A stretch of 63,573 bases of DNA, counting the filler, from Reclinomonas americana ATCC 50394 (lineage: Eukaryota): NCBI GenBank assembly GCA_048213135.1. It is 17 parts of 17 records of this genome, joined end to end, with 100 filler letters (N's around TTAATTAATTAA, not from the genome) between each part and the next. Parts side by side here need not be neighbours in the genome. Positions count along the whole stretch, not along the records: positions 35,563 to 39,016 come from AFZH01019859.1; positions 39,117 to 42,784 come from AFZH01019860.1; positions 42,885 to 45,832 come from AFZH01019861.1; positions 45,933 to 49,556 come from AFZH01019862.1; positions 49,657 to 53,152 come from AFZH01019863.1; positions 53,253 to 60,860 come from AFZH01019864.1; 11 more parts are not named here. The stretch is one strand, 5' to 3'. A program made the translations under genes and the position numbers. The notes below the pieces were generated by a model that was given only the letters and a program-made list of their open reading frames with translations, did not search any database and was not told where the DNA came from. Shown one piece after another: positions 38,701-54,931 of the stretch (position 1 is its first letter; each line of letters begins with the position of its first letter).

Positions 38701-41108
38701 CCTCTCTTCTTCTCTTCACTTGTCTCCTCTTTTCTTCACTTCTCATCTCATCTCTTTCTTCTCTCTTCTTTGTTTTCGCTTTCTCTTCTCTTGTCCTCTC
38801 TCCTGTCCTCTGCTATTCGTATCTCTTCTCTTCTTTTCTCTTCTGTTCTCTTTCTTTCTGTTCTCTTCTCTCATCTCATCTTCGCCACCTCCCATCCCCT
38901 CTCATTTCCCTCCCCCCCCCCCCCCCCTTCCCCCTCGTCCCTCACCCTCTTTTCCCTTCTCCTAATCTCCCCCTTCCCCCTTCTCCTTCCGCGCAGGCTC
39001 CTCGGCCAGCGGCTCCNNNNNNNNNNNNNNNNNNNNNNNNNNNNNNNNNNNNNNNNNNNNTTAATTAATTAANNNNNNNNNNNNNNNNNNNNNNNNNNNN
39101 NNNNNNNNNNNNNNNNTCTCCTCCCCTCCCCCCCCCCCCTTCCCCCTCGTCCCTCACCCTCTTTTCCCTTCTCCTAATCTCCCCCTTCCCCCTTCTCCTT
39201 CCGCGCAGGCTCCTCGGCCAGCGGCTCCGCCAAACGCCTACTCTACGACTTCAGCAGCAAGTTCATCAGCAGCGGCTGCTTCGTGTCGCTCATCACATCG
39301 GTGCGTCGCGAAATCGAGTCCTTCAAGGAGGGCGCGGCGGCGCAACAGACGCTGGTGGTCGACTCGGATCTGCGCAACTACATGAGCCTCGTGGGCTACT
39401 TTGTCGGCATCTACCGTGCGCAGTGTGCGCACAAGGTGGCCAGTGGTGAGTTGATATAGTGTCAAGATGTGAGTGCGTGCTCGTGCTGATGTATGTGTGT
39501 GGTGGCGCGCAGTCGACGAGTGCCCGCTGGGCATTGTGTTCACGGTCGAGATCTTCCGCTTCGGCCTCACCGATCTCATGACGCAGCGCGACAACAAGCG
39601 ATGGAGTCGCATGCATTCGCCGGTATTGATGTTGAAGGAACTGGTGCGTGTGAGGGGAAAGAGAGAGATGATGGGAAGAGAGGTTGGCGAGAGAAAGAGA
39701 GAGGATAAGGAGAGAGTGAGAGAGAAGGAGAGACTGAGGGACGAGGAGACTGAGAGAAATGGAGAGATGATTGGAAGAGATATTGCGAGAAAGAGAAAGG
39801 AGAAGGAGATATTGAGAGAACGAGAGAATAAGCAAAAATAGAGATAGAGAGAGTAATTGGGAGAGAGAGACAGAGAGCAAGGGAGAGTGTAGTCATAATG
39901 TGAGACGGGAGCAGCAGAGGCAGAAGACACAATCAGAAGAAATCACGAGAGTGAAAGAAAGTATGTTCTTACTTTGTACTTCCTGAATCTCTTCTCTCGC
40001 CTCTGTCCCGTCATGTGCTTTCCGTTGTGCTCTCCTTTTCCGTTTGCCTGTTGACACTTTCCACCTCCATTTCTTGGCTTCCATCATGCGCTTTCCCCAT
40101 CTCACTTCCCCCTGTTACCCCTTCCTTTCCCCCTCAATTCCCCTCTTTCCTTCCCCTATTATTCCCTGAAACCATTTTCCATCCCTCCAAATATCTTTCT
40201 CCTCTTTCATTCCCCTGTCTTCCCCTTTTCTTCCCCTTCCCTTCCCCAATACTTTCCCTTCTTGCCTTTCCTTTATTTATCCCTTCCCCTCCCGTGCAGT
40301 TCCGCCTCATGGAACTCCTCGACACCTCCAAATCCGTGGAGGTGGCCAAGGTCGTCCTCAACGTCCAAATGAACGTGTTCTTCGAGCGCGCCCACTTGGA
40401 GATCGTGCCGCACGTGCTCGACGACTACTCGCCCGTGCGCCATCCGCGATCGTTTCGTCTTGCTTGTTTCTGTTCCACCACTGCTTCGCTGATCTCTTAC
40501 CGTGCACCCGCAGCTTCCTGCGCAACATTATCGAGCTGACGCACGTGCTGCTGAAGGTGCTGGAAAAGTACACGGAGAAGCGGCCGCGCACCCTCGTGCA
40601 CTCGATGCGCAAGAAGCGCAAGTCGAAGAAGAAGAAGAGTGGCGATGGCGATGGCGACGACGACGACGAGGTGCAAGTGCTGGATGGTGACGGTGACGGT
40701 GACGATGATGGGAAGAAGAAGAAGAAAGGCGGTGAGGAGGAGGAGGACGACGATGCGGTGGTCGTGGTCGGCGATGACGACGAAGAAATGGTGCGTTTTT
40801 TTGTTGATGACGTTTGCTGTCCATCGTCTTCTTATTGCTCGAGCAGGCGATGAAGCGACAAGCCTACGAGGAGGAGGAGGAGGAGGAGGAAGAGGAACGA
40901 GATGTGCACAAGAAGGCGAATCGGCGGAAAGCGGCAGAGGATGAGGATGAAGAGGAAGAGGAAGAGGATCAAGTGGATCGGCTGGCCAACTTGCCGCCCA
41001 TCCCCGAGGATCTCGTCGAGTCAGAGTTGGTGGAGCCAGACCTTGCGCGGTTGCCACCGCTGCCACCGTTGCGTGCGCAAGTCAGCAGTCGAGCTCTGTC
41101 CCTTTCCT

Positions 41109-41147
<39 letters not shown>

Positions 41148-42712
41148 CCGACTCCGTTCCTTGTCTCCATCTCCCTCCCTCACTTGCTGTCGCAGTTTGC
41201 GTGAAATCTCTCTCTTTCTCTCTCTGTTTTTCTCTCTCCTCCTTCCTCTCTCCGTCCCTCCTTCTTTCTCTCTCCCTCCCTTTCTTCCCTTCTCTCCCTC
41301 CCTACCCTCCCTTCTCTCTCGGGGAAAGGAGGAGAGGGAAGGAAGAGCGAAGAGCCCTCTCTGTTGTTCGTCGGCTCCTCATCAGACGCGTTCTCTCACG
41401 CGCACACGCTCTTCCTTCTCCTCTCTTCGTCTCTCTCTCTCTCTCTCCGTCTCCCTTTCCCCTTCCCTCCCTCTCCCTCTCCCTTCTCCTCCTTCCCTCT
41501 CCCTTCTCCTTCCCCCTCTTTCTCCCTCCTTCCCCTCCTTCTCCCTCCCTCTCCCTTCTCCCTCCCTTCCCTTCTCTCTCTCCGTACTTCTTGTCTGTTG
41601 CTGATCATCGCCTCACAGCGACATGGAGACCGATGATCACGTGCTGGAAGTGAGCAGCGACCGCGGCGATGAGGAGCAGACGGAGGAGAAGAATGGGTTT
41701 GTCGATTGTGCAAGAAGGAGAGATGGTTCCATGCTGCTGAAAGCATGGGTGTCTGTGCGCAGTGCGGAGCCGACTGCGTCGACTGATGAAGTTGCTGGCG
41801 CATCGTTACGTGATTCTCTCCTTGCATGGCGTGCAAATTGGTACTCTCACACTCATCATGTGCTTTGCAGGTTGCCGAAAGTCAAGGCCAGTCAGTTTGT
41901 CACCGAGGACGACGACGAAGACGACGACGGCATGCAAGACACGTTTGCAGTGTTCGAGTTTGGCTCGTATCTCGCCAAGTTTGCCATCTCCGATGTGCTG
42001 CACACGTATTATGGTTTGTCGAAGCACTATGTTCTGCAATATCTGGGCGGTGTTGTTAATCGTTTGGTGCAGTGGCACTGACATCGTACAAGCAAAACGG
42101 CGTCACTTACAACCATTTCATCGGTCACCTCATGTCGCGGCTGGAGAAGCACGGATATCAGGACGCGTTCTTCCATGTCACGTGGCTCTCGCTGTTCACG
42201 CAGCTGTTGAACGATGTGGATTTTGCGGTGCGTTGGGCGAACGCGATTTGTGCTCGTTTCGTGTTTTCTATTTCGTCTCACTCGCCTCTTACTACAGCGC
42301 ACTCCACACGCCGCGCCGCTGCTGGGTCTGTGCAAGCGCTTCACTCGGGCGTATTTTGACCGTGCGGCGCGCAACCCATTGGTAATTGATGCAGGGCGTG
42401 GTTTTCATGAATACCACCGTGGTCTGACTCTCTGTCGCAGATCTTCCTGCAATCCTTGTTCTACAAGCGTCGCAATCAGCCATTCATCGGCGATGACTCG
42501 GTTTTGTCGGCGGCTGCGCAGGCGGGGTGCGTGCGCTGATGTCAGTGTTCCTCTCTCATTTTTCTCTCTCCTCAAGTGTGTGTTCATCTCGCAGCGCCAT
42601 GGACGACGAGCAAGAGATGCAGTTCGAGAATCTCACCGCCGAGCAGCTCTTCGACAAGCTGGCCAACGACTTGGCTGCCAAGGGAGTCGTGGGGGTACGT
42701 GCCATGCTTGCC

Positions 42713-42784
<72 letters not shown>

Positions 42785-44797
42785 NNNNNNNNNNNNNNNN
42801 NNNNNNNNNNNNNNNNNNNNNNNNNNNNTTAATTAATTAANNNNNNNNNNNNNNNNNNNNNNNNNNNNNNNNNNNNNNNNNNNNCCCCTTCTCTTCCCCT
42901 TCCCTTCGCCCTTCTCTTCGCCCTTCTCTTCGCCCTTCTCTTCGCCCTTCTCTTCGCCCTTCTCTTCGCCCACTCTTCCTCGACTCCTCCCCCACTCTTC
43001 CTCCACTCCTCCCCCACTCACTCCCCACTCTTCCCCACTCATCCCCAACTTCCCCACTTCTCCCCACTCACTCCCTCACTCTTCCCCCACTTCTCCCCCT
43101 TTTCTTCCCCCCTCCCTCCCCCTGCTCCTTCGCCCCACTCACATCACCTCCACAGCCTGTCAAGGCACCTCGCGGCAAGAACGCACATGCGAAGGCCGAA
43201 GAGGAAGGCAGCGAGCAGGAGGAGGAGGAAGAAGAAGAAGAGGAGGAGGCTGACTCTGGCTCTGACTCCGATGACGACTACGGGAGCAAGCGGAGAAAGC
43301 AGAAAAAGGCAAAGAAGCAAAAGAGCAAGTCCCGTCGCGACCATCCGGCTGACATGCCCGTGGAGATGGCGATGGACCCGGCGCCGACGTCGCAGCAGAA
43401 GACAGCGGCTCCTCGGCGTGCGCTGAGTTGCGTTTTCTTCTTGTCTTGCCAACCGCCACATTCTTATCTCATGGTGGTGGTGGTGGTGGCGGGTGCAGCA
43501 TTCGCTGGGTACGAGACCTTTGAAAAGTGCACCGACAAGCTCCTGCCGCGGCTCTCCAGTGTGCAGTCAGACGGCTTTGAGTGGCTACACGGCGAAATGT
43601 GGAAGGCGCTGGAGCGGCGCATGGAGAGCAAGACTGTTCGTGGTCAATGACGTGCTCTCTTCTTTTTGTCGCGCTGACCACGATGTGGGTGACACAGGCG
43701 GCGGAGCACACCATGGTGCCGTGTGCCAAGGTGGCGTGGGACGCCATTGCCGATAAGCAGTTTTCAGCCATGCTGGTGCAAATCGGCTTTTCGAACGAGG
43801 TTGGGAGTGTGCAGTCGCTTCTGCCCATGCGATTCTCGATGCTCACCACACACACACACACACATAGTCGGTCCCGTTCCCCAAGATTCCCGCCACCATG
43901 TCGCTGCAAGACCTGTATCTGTGCTTGCTGCATCTGGAGGACAAGATCACCACGCTCGACCTCAAAGGCACGCTGCTGGACGCGAATGCTGTGAAGGCGG
44001 CCGAGTTGCGTCATGCTGGGCTGTTGTTACACTGCACGCACTATTCTCTCACTTTGTAGCAGTGAGGTCATGGTGGTGGAGGCACCGGCAGCGGAGGAGA
44101 AGGCGCCGTTGCGTGTGACTGTCGCCTTTTGTTGCTTAACAACGCTGAGCTGACTTGTGCTGTGCGACAGTGCTCCATCTCCACCGACCACAACGGCGAC
44201 CACTAAGAAGCAGGCTCGTTCGGCAGCACCGCGTCGCACGCTGCTGGTGCAAGAGGACAAGTCGAGCGATGACGAGGACGACGACGAGGACGACGACGAC
44301 AAGCCGGCGGCGAGAAAGGAGAAGCGGTGTGTGTCCACGGGTGAATCTTGGGTCTCCGCCGCGATTCCTAATATTGTTGTTGTGCAGACGCCCAAGAAAG
44401 CCAAGCGAGTCACCTGTGCGCCGCCAGTTGCCGTCCCTGGAGGGTGCCAGTGACGAGGAGGTCGAAGAGAGGCCGCGTGTGTCGCAGACGCCAGCCAAGT
44501 CCTCCTCCACTGGTCGTCGTCTGCTGAAGAAGCGACGATTGGTACGTCAAAGAGCACCAGCACATGCACATGAACCCGTTGAAAGACTGACTAGTTCGCC
44601 GGTAGGAGAGCGATGATGACGAAGACAAGGACAATGCCGATCGTCTTGGCAAGGACAGCGACCATGAATTTGACAAGCTGTCGCTGGCGAGTGGTACGGC
44701 AGCCGATGTGGGTGAGGAGCAGCTGCCACCCCCATCGCCTCCGAGGAAGCGACACAGACTCATTCTCGACGACGACGACGAGGACGACGACATGTGA
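35726..44797 (+). CDS. TIMELESS: Eukaryotic Timeless/Tof1/Swi1 homolog, multi-exon, spanning three contigs, 5' end missing
   Basis: Exon peptides in family order: DLHRALRRDD..DLVPL; KLLVVLTM; TLFVNLLRIP; RHSRFGG; RSFLRNIIELTHVLLKVLEKY; FEFGSYLAKFA; SYKQN..YNH; MVPC...FSAMLVQIGF; acidic tail ending 44797. GT-AG introns where checked (35879, 37887-38996). Confidence 0.88.
35975..36490 (+). repeat. Intronic (ACACAG)n/(GCACAG)n hexamer satellite
   Basis: Long degenerate ACACAG array with internal higher-order duplications. Confidence 0.95.
38050..38990 (+). repeat. ~0.95-kb polypyrimidine low-complexity tract in a Timeless intron
   Basis: Almost exclusively C/T with TTCTC-like units. Confidence 0.9.
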
Positions 44798-44904
44798 TTG
44801 AATAATGAACAAAACGCATGTGATATGTTACAACATGGTCAATGGCTGCATTGGAGAAAGAGGTGACCGGCAACTCGCGTGCAGCCATTGTTGGGTGATT
44901 ATCG

Positions 44905-49556
<4,652 letters not shown>

Positions 49557-50748
49557 NNNNNNNNNNNNNNNNNNNNNNNNNNNNNNNNNNNNNNNNNNNN
49601 TTAATTAATTAANNNNNNNNNNNNNNNNNNNNNNNNNNNNNNNNNNNNNNNNNNNNTTCTCTCTCTCCTCTCTCTCTCTCTCCTCCTCCTCTTCTTCTCT
49701 CCTCCCCTCCCTCCTCCTCTCTCTCTCCTCCTCCCTCCTCTCTCTCTCTCTCTCTGTGAAGATGTGGCGGCATTTGGTGGTGAATCCCAGTGCGTCTTCT
49801 GTCAGTGAGGACGAAGAGGCGGTGGATGTGCGTGGAGGGAATGAGTGGGCGCGCGTGATGGGTGCGTTGGCGGGTGCGTTGCAGGCGTCGGCGGTGCAAG
49901 AGCAGGCGGGTGTGGTGGAGAGTGTGGTGAGTGTGTGAGAAGGGGGGCGGGAGAAGGGAAGGTGATCTTCTTCTTCCTCTCCCTCCGCCGTGTCACGCAC
50001 AGAGAAAGAGACGAAGAGAGAGAACACAGCAGTGGCGTATGTGTGTGTGTGTGTGTGCGTGAGCGAGAGAGAAGGGAAGCTGAGCTGTGCTTGATCTTCT
50101 TCCTCTCCCTCTGTCGCCTCACGCACATACACACACTTTGCATGCTCACACACACACACAGACTGGTTGCCGATGCAAACATCACTCCAGTGTTCTGCCG
50201 TGGCAAGTTTTCCCGAGGCCTTGTCTCCTTCCTGCGACTCTCTGCAAACTGATGGCCATCTTGCATCAAGCTCTTTACCGTTTCCTCCTGCTCTCTCAAT
50301 GTGTGTGTTTGAGAGGTCATGAGACGAGGGAAGAGAGCTCGCAGCAGGATTGCATCAGAAGAGAGCTTGAACTTGAGAGATTGAGAGATTGAGACTGTTT
50401 CCCACAGAAGAACGACGTTTGCAACTGCAACTGAAGCTATTGCAGTCTTGCATCTGACTTGAGCGCGCGTGTAGGTGAGAAGGGAGGTTCGAGCTGAGAT
50501 GCAGATCATTCGCCGGCTGCTGCGCATTGGTGACGAGCCGCAGTGAACTCTTTACTGTCCCTTTTTCACTGGCGGAACAGCACTCAAGGCGGCACTGCTG
50601 CCTGACTCATCCACTCACGTCGGGATTGGCGAATTATCCAAGACCTCCACGATCCACAGGACAGAGATGATATTCACCTATCTCGGCCGCTCCGTGGTTC
50701 GTGAAGCTTCTTTCCGTCTTGACACGGTTTATTCTTCTTCTTCTTCTT

Positions 50749-53252
50749 CTACTTCTTCTTTTTGTTGTTGTTGTTGTTCTTGTTCTTGCTCTTGTTCTCC
50801 TTCTTCTTCCTCTTCTCCTGCTCGTCCTCCTCCTCCTCCTCCTCCTCCTCCTCCTCCTCCTCCTCTTCCTCCTCCTCGTCCTCCTCCTCCTCCTCGTCCT
50901 CAATCTTCTCCTCCTCCTCTTTCTTCACCACCTCCATCATCGCCGGCTTCTCGTCACTCACCACTGCATTTCTGCTCGTCAGTGCTGATGCTCGCACGAC
51001 ATGCAACACCACAAGGTGCTCCCAGATTGTTGCATTTGGGAGCACTCACCAGCACGCTCGATCACCGCCTTTGAAAGACAACCGTCTTGAAGCAGAGTGG
51101 CCAGCAGGCCAGGGCAGTTGTGGAGCAGATACGTGGCTTGTGTGACAAAAGGCAGAAGAGCATTTGGAGTGCCTCCCTTCCGCATGTGCTCGGCATATTC
51201 CTACAATCCGAGAAAAGCAAAGTAAGTCAGCATCGGCAAGTCACAACGGAACACACAACCAGGGTCCACATGCCTCAGAGTAACCGCGCTCGTCAATCAC
51301 AATCAGTGGTCTCTCAACAGCACCCACCAGTGCAGCGTCGCGAAGTCCGCTCTTCTATTGATTCCACATGCACGCGACGCAAGGCAGGTCAGTTGCCATA
51401 CACACTACAAGCGACTGTGACACAGAAATAACAAACTGACACTCACCTCGACATAGTTGCTAACGCTCTCGAGCACACCCTCAACTGACTTGGGCGTCGT
51501 GCCGCGCGCTGTGCTGGCACTGCCGGCAAGACTCTTGCTAAATGCAGCCATGACTGCGGATGATGGACAGCCCGGTCCCCTCGATGGTATTCCGCAGTCG
51601 TCACAGGCAAGCTGGAGGAGAACTCGCTGATGATGGACGACTGTAGACTCCATCACCACGGGTGCCATGAGACCGAATGCCTTCACCAAGATCCTCTTCC
51701 TGTTGCCGCCCTGCTCTCAGGTGTGACGGATGGGTGGGAGCGAGTGAGTAGCTTATGACAGAAATGTCGGCGATACAATGAACACGCAACAAGCAATCTC
51801 GCCAGCATCAATTGCTCGTTGATGCTCAACTTCGCAGGATCAATCTTGCGGCGCTGTGAAACACAGGCCACGCAGTGTTGAGACGTACCTCACGCACGAC
51901 ACAGAGCGCAGCGTTGGGCGTACCTTCTTTCTCTTCGCGTCATCGTCCACATTCTCGCTGTCGTCATCATCTTCCCGCTCACCCTCCCTCTCCTCCTCTT
52001 TCTTCACCATCTCCATTTCCCTCAGGGCTGTTCACTCATTTCTCAGCACACGTAAGCAACAAAGCCACGAGCACAAGCAGCCAAACCTCTTTTACTGCAC
52101 CATGCGGCGGCACGTGCAATCTCCGCCTGCGAAAGGCAGCCGTCCCGAAGCAGAGTGGCCAGCAGGTCTGGACAGCTGTGGAGAGCTTGTATGGCCTGGG
52201 TAACGAATGGCGAAAGAACATTGGAAGCGCCTCGCTTCTGCGACTTTGCTGCCGATTCCTGTCATCCGAGCCTCAGCAATGTAAGTCAGCTTTCAACGAC
52301 GCGCATCAGCACACACACAATTTCACACGCGCCTCAGAGTAGCCGCGGTCATCAAGCACAATCAGTGGCTTCTCGACGGCATCCACCAGCTCAGCTCCCC
52401 GAAGACCACTCTTCTGATGGTGACATCCACGTCAAAGTCGAGTCAGGAACCACACACATAACAATCGGAATGTTACTGAAAAAACACATCGACACTCACC
52501 TCTATGAGGTTGCTCATGCTCTCGAGCACACCCTCCACCGACTTGGGCGTCACGCCACGTGCGTGGCTGGCACTATCGGCAAGACTCTTGCTGAATGCAG
52601 ACAAGACTGCGGCTGATGGACGGCCAGGTCCCTCAAACGGTATTCCGCAATCGTCACAGGCAAGTCGGAGGAGAACGCGCTGATGATGGAGGACTGTGGA
52701 TGACATCACCACGGGTGCCATCAAACCGAATGCCTTCACCAGCATCCTCTTCTTGTTGCAACCCTGCTCCAAGACGAGGTGAGCAGATGGGAGTAACAGC
52801 ATTGTCTGTGACATGCAGAGATAACAGCAACACGCAACAAGCAGTCTCGCCAGAATCAGTTGCTCGTTGATGCTCAGCTTCCCATGACCACTCTTGCGGC
52901 GCTGTGAAGCGCAAACCACACAGAATTAGGACACGCACTCCACTCGCATCTAATGGAAACGAGCGACGGGCGTACCTTGCCATCGTCCTCGTCCTCCTGC
53001 TCTTCCTCCCTCTTCTCCTCTTTCTTCACCATACTCATCTCCCTCAGTGCTGTTCAATCGTTGGTGAGCATATGCGCACACTATGCAGCTATGCTAGTCA
53101 CGCAGCCCAACCTCGTTCACCGCACCACTCGGTGGCGCGTGTGATCTCTGTCNNNNNNNNNNNNNNNNNNNNNNNNNNNNNNNNNNNNNNNNNNNNTTAA
53201 TTAATTAANNNNNNNNNNNNNNNNNNNNNNNNNNNNNNNNNNNNNNNNNNNN

Positions 53253-53293
<41 letters not shown>

Positions 53294-53298
53294 GCGCG

Positions 53299-53339
<41 letters not shown>

Positions 53340-53697
53340 CTTTCTTGGCAGTGACACTGGTCGTGGTAACAGACGTGGAAGAAGAAGAAAAAGAGGAGGA
53401 GGCAGGCACTCGTCGCCTCGCCATCGCAGGCACACCACGATGAGCAAACGACCCCAATGCGCTGTTCATCTTCTTCTTCATCTCATCATCATCGTAATCG
53501 TTGATGTTGAGGGAGAGAGAGGAGGAATGCATCATCGGCATCGTCGTCACATGCTGCTTGCTGTCGACGAGCATCATGTCTGCTTTCTCGTCGTCGCACG
53601 GAGAAGAGGCAGACATTGGCAGCGAAGGAGTTGTTGTTGTTGTTGTTGTTGTTGAGCGAGAGCGCGGTGGTGGAGTAGGAGGGCGTCGAGCGGCCAT
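50749..53697 (-). CDS. Repeat-module gene, copy 1 (two full modules visible; poly-Glu/Lys tail; middle in a gap; putative start MAARRPP at 53697)
   Basis: Exon peptides LSINEQL..ARLL / KR.LVKAFGLMAP..HHQRVLL.LACDDCGIP..TPKSVEGVL / ERPLIVIDERGYSE / PFVTQA..LLATLL.DGCLS join in frame across splice sites; linking the start across the gap is inference. Confidence 0.65.
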
Positions 53698-54931
53698 TTG
53701 TGTGTGTCTCGGTTGTTGTTTCACACACACACGCGCGCTGCGTGATGCAAGAAACGAAGAGAGAGAGAGAGAGAGAGAGAGAGTGAGAAAGCAATGAAGA
53801 TTCGTTGATCCGAACAGCAAGATGAAAATGGTGACAAGTCGTGATGTGAAGGGAGGAGGAGAAGAAGGTGAGGAGGGTGAGAAGGGGGAGAGAGGAGGCG
53901 TCAGAGAACTGGGCAATCTTGGGTGCATCGTCGACTACGATTGTACTCCACGACCAGCAATGCATATCTCCTTGCAATTGGTTTGATCATGGAGAGAACA
54001 TGGATCAGGGGAAGCTGCAGCTGAGATGCTGATGGACAACAACTCCATAGAGAGTACAACAGGGCACATGAGCAGCATCAACCTGGATGGACACCGAGGA
54101 AGAGCCACGGACCGACACACAGAGAAAGTCACGATATTAATATTGCGATTCAGCCGAAACCACAAACCTGATCGCCATCAAGACTGCATTCCAACTGCAC
54201 CCGCAGAGATGGTGTCGAGTGCAGGTGCCGGAGTATCAACAGACACAACAAAGCAGCATTGCGTGCTGCTCAATCCACATCGATCCACATGAAATACGAG
54301 TCACTTGCACAATCCCGCAGCTGCTTGTGGACCATCATGCACCAGCGGTGTACTGCTCCACCGCTGTCATGAACACAGAAGAAGCAAGTGTCGTTGATGT
54401 CGAATATGGCTGGCCTTGGTCAACAAGACAGCCATTCTCGTGCAATATCACGACAGCAAATGCATGCCTCCGTGGCGGCTACATGCACAGCAGCATTCAT
54501 TCGCCCACCAAGTCAAATGATGGCCCCGGTTCCAACCTTCACTCATCTTGCTCTTCCTCCTGCGATAACAACAACATTCAGCTGCAAGAAGAGAAAACAC
54601 ACATGCAGAGTCCATCCCTCACAACACAGGACAGCGGTTTAACATTCTGATGCACTGGGTTTCTGCTTCCTTCTTCTTCAACAGGCTCCATCGACCTCAC
54701 AACACCATACATGCGCTCGACCAAAACACCTTCACCCCTCTCCCATCCCTCCCGATGCCACTCACCCCACTCTCTCGCCACGCACCAATGCAGGCATATA
54801 TCATCGTCCATCCATGGCAGCGCTTTAAGCTTCACATCCAGCCTCTCCTCCACCACCACCTTGAATTGCTTGCCCTACATGTATTCCTCCTCCTCCTCCT
54901 CCTCCTCCTCCTCCTCCTCCTCCTCCTCCTC

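Noticed and set aside
37794..39072. Leu/Ser/Phe-rich ORFs resembling membrane proteins (also 45881-47296)
   Set aside because: Polypyrimidine intron sequence that lacks stop codons by composition
49657..50640. Protein-coding gene or TTLL9 5' exons (also ORFs at 53935-54850 and 62830-63363)
   Set aside because: No recognisable motifs or consistent splice structure; cannot be supported from sequence alone
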